Positions 13,108-25,885 of a DNA stretch of 64,000 nt are shown one piece after another. Origin of the DNA: Eledone cirrhosa (Eukaryota); the NCBI GenBank assembly GCA_964016885.1, contig OZ024743.1, forward strand, positions 141,608,001 through 141,672,000. The letters are read 5' to 3'. A program made the translations under genes and the position numbers. Below the pieces are notes generated by a model. It had not been told where the DNA came from. It saw only the letters and a list, made by a program, of their open reading frames with translations, and made no database searches. Position 1 is the first letter of the stretch, and every line of letters begins with the position of its first letter.

Positions 13108-16100
13108 TGGTGCTTGGTGTTTGGTGTTTGGTACTTGGTGCTTGGTGCTTGGTGCTTGGTGCTTGGTGCTTGGTGTTTGATGCTGCGTGCTTGGTGTTTG
13201 GTGTTTGGTGCTTGGTGCTTGGTGTTTGGTGTTTGGAGCTCGGTGCCTGGTGCTTGTTGTTTGGTGTTTGGCGCTTGGTGCTTGGTGTTTGGTGTTTGGT
13301 GCTTGGTGCTTGGTGCTTGGTATCTGGTGTTTGGTGCTTGATGTTTGGTGTTTGGTGCTTGGTGTTTGGTGTTTGGTGCTTGGTGCTTGGTGTTTGGTGC
13401 TTGGTGTTTGGTGTTTGGTGTTTGATGCTTGGTGTTTGCTGCTTGGTGCTTGGTGCTTGGTGTTTTGTGTTTGGTGATTGGTGCTTGGTGCCTGGTGCTT
13501 GGTGCTTGGTGCTTGTTGTTTGGTGCTTGGTGCTTGGTGATTAGTGTTTGGTGCTTGGTGCTTGCGGTTTGGTGTTTGGTGCTTGGGGTTTGGTGCTTGG
13601 TGCTTGGTGCTTGGTGTTTGGTGCTTGGTGCTTGGTGTTTGGTGCTTGGTGCTTGGTGTTTGGTGTTTGGCGTTTGCTGTTTGCTGTTTGGTGTTTGGTG
13701 CTTGCTGTTTGGTGCTTGGTGCTTGGTGTTTGGTGTTTGGTGTTTTGTGCTTGGTGCTTGGTGTTTGGTGCTTGGTGCTTGGTGCTGGGTGTTTGGTGCT
13801 TGGTGCTTGGTGTTTGGTGCTTGGTGCTTGGTGCTTGGTGTTTGGTCCTTGGTGCTTGGTGCTTGGTCTTTGGTGCTTGGGTTTTGGTGTTTGGTGCTTG
13901 GTGCTTGGTATTTGGTGCTTGGTTCTTGGTGCTTGGTGCATGGTGTTTGGTGATTGCTGCTTGGTGCTTGGTGTTTGGTGCTTGGTGCTTGGTGATTAGT
14001 GTTTGGTGATTGGTGCTTGGGATTTGCTGTTTGGTGCTTGGTGTTTGGTGCTTGGTGCTTGATGTTTGGTGTTTGGTGTTTGGTTCTTGGTGCTTGGTGT
14101 TTGGTGTTTGGTGTCTGGTGCTTGGTGCTTGGTGACTGGTGTTTGGTGCTTGGTGCTTGGTGCTTGGTGTTTCGTGCTGCGTGCTTGGTGTTTGGTGCTT
14201 GGTGCTTGGTGATTATTGTTTGGTGCTTTGTGTTTGGTGCTTGGTGTTTGGTGCTTGGTGCTTGGTGCTTGGTGCTTGGTGTTAGGTGTTTGGTGCTTGG
14301 TGATTGGTGTTTGATGTTAGGTTCTTGGTGCTTGGTGTTTGGTGTTTGGTGCTTGGTGCTTGGTGTTTGGTGTTTGGTGCTTGGTGCTTGGTGCTTGGTG
14401 CTTGGTGCTTGGTGCTTGGTGCTTGGTGTTTGGTGCTTGGTTCTTGGTGCTTGGTGCTTGGTGTTTGGTGATTGCTGCTTGGTGCTTGGTGTTTGGTGCT
14501 TGGTGCTTGGTGATTAGTGTTTGGTGATTGGTGCTTGGGATTTGCTGTTTGGTGCTTGGTGTTTGGTGCTTGGTGCTTGATGTTTGGTGTTTGGTGTTTG
14601 GTTCTTGGTGCTTGGTGTTTGGTGTTTGGTGTCTGGTGCTTGGTGCTTGGTGCTTGGTGTTTGGTGCTTGGTGCTTGGTGTTTGGTGCTGCGTGCTTGGT
14701 GTTTGGTGCTTGGTGCTTGGTGATTAGTGTTTGGTGCTTTGTGTTTGGTGCTTGGTGTTTGGTGCTTGGTGCTTGGTGCTTGGTGCTTGGTGTTAGGTGT
14801 TTGGTGCTTGGTGATTGGTGTTTGATGTTAGGTTCTTGGTGCTTGGTGTTTGGTGTTTGGTGCTTGGTGCTTGGTGTTTGTTGTTTGGTGCTTGGTGCTT
14901 GGTGCTTGGTGCTTGGTGTTAGGTGTTTGGTGCTTGGTGCTTGGTGTTTGGTGCTTGGTGCTTTGTGTTTGGTGCTTGGTGTTTGGTGCTTGGTGCTTGG
15001 TGCTTGGTGCTTGGTGTTAGGTGTTTGGTGTTGGTGATTGGTGTTTGATGTTAGGTTCTTGGTGCTTGGTGTTTGGTGTTTGGTGCTTGGTGCTTGGTGT
15101 TTGGTGCTTGGTGCTTGGTGCTTGGTGCTTGGTGCTTGGTGTTAGGTGTTTGGTGCTTGGTGATGGGTGCTTGGTGTTTGGTCCTTGGTGCTTGGTGCAT
15201 GGTCTTTGGTGCTTGGGTTTTGGTGTTTGGTGCTTGGTGCTTGGTGTTTGGTGCTTGGTGCTTGGTGCTTGGTGTTTGGTGCTTGGTGCTTGGTGTTTGG
15301 TGCTTGGTGCTTGGTGTTTGGTGTTTGGCGTTTGCTGTTTGCTGTTTTGTGCTTGGTGCTTGGGGTTTGGTGTTTGGTGCTTGGTGCTTGGTGTTTGGTG
15401 CTTGGTGCTTGGTGCTGGGTGTTTGGTGCTTGGTGCTTGGTGTTTGGTGCTTGGTGCTTGGTGCTTGGTGTTTGGTCCTTGGTGCTTGGTGCTTGGTCTT
15501 TGGTGCTTGGGGTTTGGTGTTTGGTGCTTGGTGCTTGGTGTTTGGTGCTTGGTTCTTGGTGCTTGGTGCTTGGTGTTTGGTGATTGCTGCTTGGTGCTTG
15601 GTGTTTGGTGCTTGGTGCTTGGTGACTAGTGTTTGGTTATTGGTGCTTGGGGTTTGCTGTTTGGTGCTTGGTGTTTGGTGCTTGGTGCTTGCTGTTTGGT
15701 GTTTGTTGTTTGGTTCTTGGTGCTTGGTGTTTGGTGTTTGGTGTTTGGTGCTTGGTGCTTGGTGTTTGGTGCTTGTTGCTTGGTGCTTGGTGTTTGGTGC
15801 TGCGTGCTTGGTGTTTGGTGTTTGGTGCTTGGTGCCTGGTGCTTGTTGTTTGGTGCTTAGTGCTTGGTGTTTGGTGTTTGGTGTCTGGTGCTTGGTGCTT
15901 GGTGCTTGGTGTTTGGTGCTTGGTGCTTGGTGTTTGGTGCTGCGTGCTTGGTGTTTGGTGCTTGGTGCTTGGTGATTAGTGTTTGGTGCTTTGTGTTTGG
16001 TGCTTGGTGTTTGGTGCTTGGTGCTTGGTGCTTGGTGCTTGGTGTTAGGTGTTTGGTGCTTGGTGATTGGTGTTTGATGTTAGGTTCTTGGTGCTTGGTG

Positions 16101-19100
16101 TTTGGTGTTTGGTGCTTGGTGCTTGGTGTTTGGTGTTTGGTGCTTGGTGCTTGGTGCTTGGTGCTTGGTGTTAGGTGTTTGGTGCTTGGTGCTTGGTGTT
16201 TGGTGCTTGGTGCTTTGTGTTTGGTGCTTGGTGTTTGGTGCTTGGTGCTTGGTGCTTGGTGCTTGGTGTTAGGTGTTTGGTGCTTGGTGATTGGTGTTTG
16301 ATGTTAGGTTCTTGGTGCTTGGTGTTTGGTGTTTGGTGCTTGGGTTTTGGTGTTTGGTGCTTGGTGCTTGGTGTTTGGTGCTTGGTGCTTGGTGCTTGGT
16401 GTTTGGTGCTTGGTGCTTGGTGTTTGGTGCTTGGTGCTTGGTGTTTGGTGTTTGGCGTTTGCTGTTTGCTGTTTTGTGCTTGGTGCTTGGGGTTTGGTGT
16501 TTGGTGCTTGGTGCTTGGTGTTTGCTGCTTGGTGCTTGGTGCTGGGTGTTTGGTGCTTGGTGCTTGGTGTTTGGTGCTTGGTGCTTGGTGCTTGGTGTTT
16601 GGTCCTTGGTGCTTGGTGCTTGGTCTTTGGTGCTTGGGGTTTGGTGTTTGGTGCTTGGTGCTTGGTGTTTGGTGCTTGGTTCTTGGTGCTTGGTGCTTGG
16701 TGTTTGGTGATTGCTGCTTGGTGCTTGGTGTTTGGTGCTTGGTGCTTGGTGACTAGTGTTTGGTTATTGGTGCTTGGGGTTTGCTGTTTGGTGCTTGGTG
16801 TTTGGTGCTTGGTGCTTGCTGTTTGGTGTTTGTTGTTTGGTTCTTGGTGCTTGGTGTTTGGTGTTTGGTGTTTGGTGCTTGGTGCTTGGTGTTTGGTGCT
16901 TGTTGCTTGGTGCTTGGTGTTTGGTGCTGCGTGCTTGGTGTTTGGTGTTTGGTGCTTGGTGCCTGGTGCTTGTTGTTTGGTGCTTAGTGCTTGGTGTTTG
17001 GTGTTTGGTGCTTGGTGCTTGGTGGCTGGTGCTTGGTGCTTGGTGTTTGGAGTTTGGTGCTTGGTGCTTGGTGCCTGGTTTTTCGTGCTTGGTGCTTGGT
17101 GCTTGGTGTTTGGTGTTTGGTGCTTGGTGTTTGGTGTTTGGTACTTGGTGCTTGGTGCTTGGTGCTTGGTGTTTGGTGCTTGGTGTTTGATGCTGCGTGC
17201 TTGGTGTTTGGTGTTTGGTGCTTGGTGCTTGGTGTTTGGTGTTTGGAGCTTGGTGCCTGCTGCTTGTTGTTTGGTGTTTGGTGCTTGGTGCTTGGTGCTT
17301 GGTATCTGGTGTTTGGTGCTTGATGTCTGGTGTTTGGTGCTTGGTGCTTGGTGCTTGGTGTTTGGTGTTTGGTGCTTGGTGCTTGGTGTTTGGTGCTTGG
17401 TGTTTGGTGTTTGGTGTTTGATGCTTGGTGTTTGCTGCTTGGTGCTTGGTGCTTGGTGTTTTGTGTTTGGTGCTTGGTGCTTGGTGCCTGGTGCTTGGTG
17501 CTTGGTGCTTGTTGTTTGGTGCTTGGTGCTTGGTGATTAGTGTTTGGTGCTTGGTGCTTGCGGTTTAATGTTTGGTGCTTGGGGTTTGGTGTTTGGTGCT
17601 TGGTGCTTGGTGTTTGGTGCTTGGTGCTTGGTGTTTGGTGCTTGGTGCTTGGTGTTTGGTGCTTGGTGCTTGGTGTTTGGTGCTTGGTGTTTGGTGCTTG
17701 GTGCTTGGTGCTTGGTGTTAGGTGTTTGGTGCTTGGTGCTTGGTGTTTGATGTTTGGTCCTTGGTGCTTGGTGTTTGGTGTTTGTTGCTTGGTGCTTGGT
17801 GTTTGGTGTTTGGTGCTTGCTGCTTGCTGCTTGGTGTTTGGTGCTTGGTGATTGGTGCTTGGTGTTTTGTGCTTGGTGCTTGGTGTTTGGTGTTTGGTGC
17901 TAGGGGCTTGGTGCTTGGTGCTTGGTGTTTGGTGCTTGGTGCTTGCTGTTTGGTGTTTGGTGCTTGGTGCGTGGGACTTAGTGTTTGGTGTTTGGTGCTT
18001 GGTGTTTGGTGCTTGGTGTTTGGTGCTTGGTGTTTGGGGCTTGGTGTTCGGTGCTTGGTGCTTGGTGCTTGGGGCTTGGTGTTTGGTGTTTGGTGCTTGG
18101 TGCTTGGTGTTTGATGTTGGGTCCTTGGTGCTTGGTGTTTGGTGTTTGGTGCTTTGTGTTTGGTGTTTGGTGCTTGGTGCTTGGTGTTTGGTGTTTGGTG
18201 CTTGGTGCTTGGGGCTTGGTGTTTGGTGCTTGGTGCTTGGTGTTTGGTGCTTCTGCTTGGGGCTTGGTAGTTGGTGCTTGGTGCTTGGTGCCTGGTGTTT
18301 GGTGTTTGGTGTTTGGTGCTTGGTGTATGGTGCTTGGTGCTTGGTGCTGGGTGGTTGGTGTTTGGTGCTTGGTGCTTGGTGTTTGGTGCTTGGTGCTTGG
18401 TGCTTGTTGTTTGGTGCTTGGTGCTTGGTGCTTGGTCTTTGGTGCATGGTGTTTGGTGTTTGGCGCTTGGTGATTGGTGCTTCGTGATTGGTGCTTGGGG
18501 TTTGGTGGTTGGTGCTTGGTGCTTGGTGTTTGGTGTTTGGTGTTTGGTGTTCGGTGTTTGCTGTTTGGTGTCTGCTTTTTGGTGTTTGGTGTTTGCTGTA
18601 TGGTGTTTGCTGTTTCGTATTTGGTTTTTGCTGATTGGTGTTTGGTGTTTGCTGTTTGGTGTTTGGTGTTTGGTGTTTGGTGCTTGGTGCTTGGTGCTTG
18701 GTGTTTGGCGTTTGGTGCTTGGTGTTTGGTGCTTCGTGCTTGGTGTTTGGTGTTTGGTGCTTGGTGCCTGGTGCTTGTTGTATGGTGTTTGGTGCTTGGT
18801 GCTTGGTGTTTGGTGTTTGCTGCTTGGTGTCTGGTGTTTGGTGCTTGGTGTTTGGTGTTTGGTGCTTGGTGCTTGGTGCTTGGTGTTTGGTGTTTGGTGC
18901 TTGGTGCTTGGTGTTTGGTGTTTGGTGCTTGGTGCTGGGTGCATGGAGTTTGGTGCTTGGTGCTTAGTGCTTGGTGTGTGGTGCTTGGTGCTTGGTGTTT
19001 TGTGTTTGGTTCTTGGTGCTTGGTGACTGGTGCTTGGTGCTTGGTGCTTGTTGTTTGGTGCTTGGTGCTTGGTGATTAGTGTTTGGTGCTTGGTGCTTGG

Positions 19101-22100
19101 TGTTTGGTGCTTGGTGTTTGGTGCTTGGTGCCTGGTGCTTGGTGTTTGGTGTTTGATGCTTGGTGTTTGGTGTTTGGTGTTTGGTACTTGGTGTTCGGTG
19201 CTTGGTGCTTGGTGCTTGGTGCTTGGTGTTTGGTGTTTGGTGCTTGGTGCTTGGTGTTTGATGTTTGGTCATTGGGGCTTGGTGTTTGGTGTTGTGTGCT
19301 TGGTGCTTGGTGGTTGGTGTTTGGTGCTTGGTGCTTGGTGCTTGGTGTTTGGCGTTTCCTGTTTGCTGTTTGGTGTTTGGTGTTTGCTGTTTGGTGTTTG
19401 CTGTTTGGTGTTTGGTGTTTGGTGCTTGCTGTTTGGTGCTTGGTGCTTGGTGTATGGTGTTTGGTGCTTGGTGTTTGGTGTTTGGTACTTGGTGCTTGGT
19501 GCTTGGTGCTTGGTGCTTGGTGCTTGGTGTTTGATGCTGCGTGCTTGGTGTTTGGTGTTTGGTGCTTGGTGCTTGGTGTTTGGTGTTTGGAGCTCGGTGC
19601 CTGGTGCTTGTTGTTTGGTGTTTGGCGCTTGGTGCTTGGTGTTTGGTGTTTGGTGCTTGGTGCTTGGTGCTTGGTATCTGGTGTTTGGTGCTTGATGTTT
19701 GGTGTTTGGTGCTTGGTGTTTGGTGTTTGGTGCTTGGTGCTTGGTGTTTGGTGCTTGGTGTTTGGTGTTTGGTGTTTGATGCTTGGTGTTTGCTGCTTGG
19801 TGCTTGGTGCTTGGTGTTTTGTGTTTGGTGATTGGTGCTTGGTGCCTGGTGCTTGGTGCTTGGTGCTTGTTGTTTGGTGCTTGGTGCTTGGTGATTAGTG
19901 TTTGGTGCTTGGTGCTTGCGGTTTGGTGTTTGGTGCTTGGGGTTTGGTGCTTGGTGCTTGGTGCTTGGTGTTTGGTGCTTGGTGCTTGGTGTTTGGTGCT
20001 TGGTGCTTGGTGTTTGGTGTTTGGCGTTTGCTGTTTGCTGTTTGGTGTTTGGTGCTTGCTGTTTGGTGCTTGGTGCTTGGTGTTTGGTGTTTGGTGTTTT
20101 GTGCTTGGTGCTTGGTGTTTGGTGCTTGGTGCTTGGTGCTGGGTGTTTGGTGCTTGGTGCTTGGTGTTTGGTGCTTGGTGCTTGGTGCTTGGTGTTTGGT
20201 CCTTGGTGCTTGGTGCTTGGTCTTTGGTGCTTGGGTTTTGGTGTTTGGTGCTTGGTGCTTGGTATTTGGTGCTTGGTTCTTGGTGCTTGGTGCTTGGTGT
20301 TTGGTGATTGCTGCTTGGTGCTTGGTGTTTGGTGCTTGGTGCTTGGTGATTAGTGTTTGGTGATTGGTGCTTGGGATTTGCTGTTTGGTGCTTGGTGTTT
20401 GGTGCTTGGTGCTTGATGTTTGGTGTTTGGTGTTTGGTTCTTGGTGCTTGGTGTTTGGTGTTTGGTGTCTGGTGCTTGGTGCTTGGTGACTGGTGTTTGG
20501 TGCTTGGTGCTTGGTGCTTGGTGTTTCGTGCTGCGTGCTTGGTGTTTGGTGCTTGGTGCTTGGTGATTATTGTTTGGTGCTTTGTGTTTGGTGCTTGGTG
20601 TTTGGTGCTTGGTGCTTGGTGCTTGGTGCTTGGTGTTAGGTGTTTGGTGCTTGGTGATTGGTGTTTGATGTTAGGTTCTTGGTGCTTGGTGTTTGGTGTT
20701 TGGTGCTTGGTGCTTGGTGTTTGGTGTTTGGTGCTTGGTGCTTGGTGCTTGGTGCTTGGTGCTTGGTGCTTGGTGTTTGGTGCTTGGTTCTTGGTGCTTG
20801 GTGCTTGGTGTTTGGTGATTGCTGCTTGGTGCTTGGTGTTTGGTGCTTGGTGCTTGGTGATTAGTGTTTGGTGATTGGTGCTTGGGATTTGCTGTTTGGT
20901 GCTTGGTGTTTGGTGCTTGGTGCTTGATGTTTGGTGTTTGGTGTTTGGTTCTTGGTGCTTGGTGTTTGGTGTTTGGTGTCTGGTGCTTGGTGCTTGGTGC
21001 TTGGTGTTTGGTGCTTGGTGCTTGGTGTTTGGTGCTGCGTGCTTGGTGTTTGGTGCTTGGTGCTTGGTGATTAGTGTTTGGTGCTTTGTGTTTGGTGCTT
21101 GGTGTTTGGTGCTTGGTGCTTGGTGCTTGGTGCTTGGTGTTAGGTGTTTGGTGCTTGGTGATTGGTGTTTGATGTTAGGTTCTTGGTGCTTGGTGTTTGG
21201 TGTTTGGTGCTTGGTGCTTGGTGTTTGTTGTTTGGTGCTTGGTGCTTGGTGCTTGGTGCTTGGTGTTAGGTGTTTGGTGCTTGGTGCTTGGTGTTTGGTG
21301 CTTGGTGCTTTGTGTTTGGTGCTTGGTGTTTGGTGCTTGGTGCTTGGTGCTTGGTGCTTGGTGTTAGGTGTTTGGTGTTGGTGATTGGTGTTTGATGTTA
21401 GGTTCTTGGTGCTTGGTGTTTGGTGTTTGGTGCTTGGTGCTTGGTGTTTGGTGCTTGGTGCTTGGTGCTTGGTGCTTGGTGCTTGGTGTTAGGTGTTTGG
21501 TGCTTGGTGATGGGTGCTTGGTGTTTGGTCCTTGGTGCTTGGTGCATGGTCTTTGGTGCTTGGGTTTTGGTGTTTGGTGCTTGGTGCTTGGTGTTTGGTG
21601 CTTGGTGCTTGGTGCTTGGTGTTTGGTGCTTGGTGCTTGGTGTTTGGTGCTTGGTGCTTGGTGTTTGGTGTTTGGCGTTTGCTGTTTGCTGTTTTGTGCT
21701 TGGTGCTTGGGGTTTGGTGTTTGGTGCTTGGTGCTTGGTGTTTGGTGCTTGGTGCTTGGTGCTGGGTGTTTGGTGCTTGGTGCTTGGTGTTTGGTGCTTG
21801 GTGCTTGGTGCTTGGTGTTTGGTCCTTGGTGCTTGGTGCTTGGTCTTTGGTGCTTGGGGTTTGGTGGTTGGTGCTTGGTGCTTGGTGTTTGGTGCTTGGT
21901 TCTTGGTGCTTGGTGCTTGGTGTTTGGTGATTGCTGCTTGGTGCTTGGTGTTTGGTGCTTGGTGCTTGGTGACTAGTGTTTGGTTATTGGTGCTTGGGGT
22001 TTGCTGTTTGGTGCTTGGTGTTTGGTGCTTGGTGCTTGCTGTTTGGTGTTTGTTGTTTGGTTCTTGGTGCTTGGTGTTTGGTGTTTGGTGTTTGGTGCTT

Positions 22101-25100
22101 GGTGCTTGGTGTTTGGTGCTTGTTGATTGGTGCTTGGTGTTTGGTGCTGCGTGCTTGGTGTTTGGTGTTTGGTGCTTGGTGCCTGGTGCTTGTTGTTTGG
22201 TGCTTAGTGCTTGGTGTTTGGTGTTTGGTGTCTGGTGCTTGGTGCTTGGTGCTTGGGGTTTGGTGTTTGGTGCTTGGTGCTTGGTGTTTGGTGCTTGGTG
22301 CTTGGTGCTGGGTGTTTGGTGCTTGGTGCTTGGTGTTTGGTGCTGCGTGCTTGGTGTTTGGTGCTTGGTGCTTGGTGATTAGTGTTTGGTGCTTTGTGTT
22401 TGGTGCTTGGTGTTTGGTGCTTGGTGCTTGGTGCTTGGTGCTTGGTGTTAGGTGTTTGGTGCTTGGTGATTGGTGTTTGATGTTAGGTTCTTGGTGCTTG
22501 GTGTTTGGTGTTTGGTGCTTGGTGCTTGGTGTTTGGTGTTTGGTGCTTGGTGCTTGGTGCTTGGTGCTTGGTGTTAGGTGTTTGGTGCTTGGTGCTTGGT
22601 GTTTGGTGCTTGGTGCTTTGTGTTTGGTGCTTGGTGTTTGGTGCTTGGTGCTTGGTGCTTGGTGCTTGGTGTTAGGTGTTTGGTGCTTGGTGATTGGTGT
22701 TTGATGTTAGGTTCTTGGTGCTTGGTGTTTGGTGTTTGGTGCTTGGGTTTTGGTGTTTGGTGCTTGGTGCTTGGTGTTTGGTGCTTGGTGCTTGGTGCTT
22801 GGTGTTTGGTGCTTGGTGCTTGGTGTTTGGTGCTTGGTGCTTGGTGTTTGGTGTTTGGCGTTTGCTGTTTGCTGATTTGTGCTTGGTGCTTGGGGTTTGG
22901 TGTTTGGTGCTTGGTGCTTGGTGTTTGGTGCTTGGTGCTTGGTGCTGGGTGTTTGGTGCTTGGTGCTTGGTGTTTGGTGCTTGGTGCTTGGTGCTTGGTG
23001 TTTGGTCCTTGGTGCTTGGTGCTTGGTCTTTGGTGCTTGGGGTTTGGTGTTTGGTGCTTGGTGCTTGGTGTTTGGTGCTTGGTTCTTGGTGCTTGGTGCT
23101 TGGTGTTTGGTGATTGCTGCTTGGTGCTTGGTGTTTGGTGCTTGGTGCTTGGTGACTAGTGTTTGGTTATTGGTGCTTGGGGTTTGCTGTTTGGTGCTTG
23201 GTGTTTGGTGCTTGGTGCTTGCTGTTTGGTGTTTGTTGTTTGGTTCTTGGTGCTTGGTGTTTGGTGTTTGGTGTTTGGTGCTTGGTGCTTGGTGTTTGGT
23301 GCTTGTTGCTTGGTGCTTGGTGTTTGGTGCTGCGTGCTTGGTGTTTGGTGTTTGGTGCTTGGTGCCTGGTGCTTGTTGTTTGGTGCTTAGTGCTTGGTGT
23401 TTGGTGTTTGGTGCTTGGTGCTTGGTGGCTGGTGCTTGGTGCTTGGTGTTTGGAGTTTGGTGCTTGGTGCTTGGTGCCTGGTGTTTCGTGCTTGGTGCTT
23501 GGTGCTTGGTGTTTGGTGTTTGGTGCTTGGTGTTTGGTGTTTGGTACTTGGTGCTTGGTGCTTGGTGCTTGGTGTTTGGTGCTTGGTGTTTGATGCTGCG
23601 TGCTTGGTGTTTGGTGTTTGGTGCTTGGTGCTTGGTGTTTGGTGTTTGGAGCTTGGTGCCTGCTGCTTGTTGTTTGGTGTTTGGTGCTTGGTGCTTGGTG
23701 CTTGGTATCTGGTGTTTGGTGCTTGATGTCTGGTGTTTGGTGCTTGGTGCTTGGTGCTTGGTGTTTGGTGTTTGGTGCTTGGTGCTTGGTGTTTGGTGCT
23801 TGGTGTTTGGTGTTTGGTGTTTGATGCTTGGTGTTTGCTGCTTGGTGCTTGGTGCTTGGTGTTTTGTGTTTGGTGCTTGGTGCTTGGTGCCTGGTGCTTG
23901 GTGCTTGGTGCTTGTTGTTTGGTGCTTGGTGCTTGGTGATTAGTGTTTGGTGCTTGGTGCTTGCGGTTTAATGTTTGGTGCTTGGGGTTTGGTGTTTGGT
24001 GCTTGGTGCTTGGTGTTTGGTGCTTGGTGCTTGGTGTTTGGTGCTTGGTGCTTGGTGTTTGGTGCTTGGTGCTTGGTGTTTGGTGCTTGGTGTTTGGTGC
24101 TTGGTGCTTGGTGCTTGGTGTTAGGTGTTTGGTGCTTGGTGCTTGGTGTTTGATGTTTGGTCCTTGGTGCTTGGTGTTTGGTGTTTGTTGCTTGGTGCTT
24201 GGTGTTTGGTGTTTGGTGCTTGCTGCTTGCTGCTTGGTGTTTGGTGCTTGGTGATTGGTGCTTGGTGTTTTGTGCTTGGTGCTTGGTGTTTGGAGTTTGG
24301 TGCTAGGGGCTTGGTGCTTGGTGCTTGGTGTTTGGTGCTTGGTGCTTGCTGTTTGGTGTTTGGTGCTTGGTGCGTGGGACTTAGTGTTTGGTGTTTGGTG
24401 CTTGGTGTTTGGTGCTTGGTGTTTGGTGCTTGGTGTTTGGGGCTTGGTGTTCGGTGCTTGGTGCTTGGTGCTTGGGGCTTGGTGTTTGGTGTTTGGTGCT
24501 TGGTGCTTGGTGTTTGATGTTGGGTCCTTGGTGCTTGGTGTTTGGTGTTTGGTGCTTTGTGTTTGGTGTTTGGTGCTTGGTGCTTGGTGTTTGGTGTTTG
24601 GTGCTTGGTGCTTGAGGCTTGGTTTTTGGTGCTTGGTGCTTGGTGTTTGGTGCTTCTGCTTGGGGCTTGGTAGTTGGTGCTTGGTGCTTGGTGCCTGGTG
24701 TTTGGTGTTTGGTGTTTGGTGCTTGGTGTATGGTGCTTGGTGCTTGGTGCTGGGTGGTTGGTGTTTGGTGCTTGGTGCTTGGTGTTTGGTGCTTGGTGCT
24801 TGGTGCTTGTTGTTTGGTGCTTGGTGCTTGGTGCTTGGTCTTTGGTGCATGGTGTTTGGTGTTTGGCGCTTGGTGATTGGTGCTTCGTGATTGGTGCTTG
24901 GGGTTTGGTGGTTGGTGCTTGGTGCTTGGTGTTTGGTGTTTGGTGTTTGGTGTTCGGTGTTTGCTGTTTGGTGTCTGCTTTTTGGTGTTTGGTGTTTGCT
25001 GTATGGTGTTTGCTGTTTCGTATTTGGTTTTTGCTGATTGGTGTTTGGTGTTTGCTGTTTGGTGTTTGGTGTTTGGTGTTTGGTGCTTGGTGCTTGGTGC

Positions 25101-25885
25101 TTGGTGTTTGGCGTTTGGTGCTTGGTGCTTGGTGTTTGGTGCTTCGTGCTTGGTGTTTGGTGTTTGGTGCTTGGTGCCTGGTGCTTGTTGTATGGTGTTT
25201 GGTGCTTGGTGCTTGGTGTTTGGTGTTTGCTGCTTGGTGTCTGGTGTTTGGTGCTTGGTGTTTGGTGTTTGGTGCTTGGTGCTTGGTGCTTGGTGTTTGG
25301 TGTTTGGTGCTTGGTGCTTGGTGTTTGGTGTTTGGTGCTTGGTGCTGGGTGCATGGAGTTTGGTGCTTGGTGCTTAGTGCTTGGTGTGTGGTGCTTGGTG
25401 CTTGGTGTTTTGTGTTTGGTTCTTGGTGCTTGGTGACTGGTGCTTGGTGCTTGGTGCTTGTTGTTTGGTGCTTGGTGCTTGGTGATTAGTGTTTGGTGCT
25501 TGGTGCTTGGTGTTTGGTGCTTGGTGTTTGGTGCTTGGTGCCTGGTGCTTGGTGTTTGGTGTTTGATGCTTGGTGTTTGGTGTTTGGTGTTTGGTACTTG
25601 GTGTTCGGTGCTTGGTGCTTGGTGCTTGGTGCTTGGTGTTTGGTGTTTGGTGCTTGGTGCTTGGTGTTTGATGTTTGGTCATTGGGGCTTGGTGTTTGGT
25701 GTTGTGTGCTTGGTGCTTGGTGGTTGGTGTTTGGTGCTTGGTGCTTGGTGCTTGGTGTTTGGCGTTTCCTGTTTGCTGTTTGGTGTTTGGTGTTTGCTGT
25801 TTGGTGTTTGCTGTTTGGTGTTTGGTGTTTGGTGCTTGCTGTTTGGTGCTTGGTGCTTGGTGTATGGTGTTTGGTGCTTGGTGTT
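13108..25885. repeat. Tandem two-copy HOR, period 6347-6410 bp (junction ~19460)
   Basis: Near-identical ORF pairs 13187/19541 and 13544/19898 (6354), 15021/21368 and 15629/21976 (6347), 16756/23159 and 17540/23943 (6403), 19030/25440 (6410). Both 1-bp deletions of copy 1 (15025, 18251) recur in copy 2 (21372, 24654). Confidence 0.9.
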
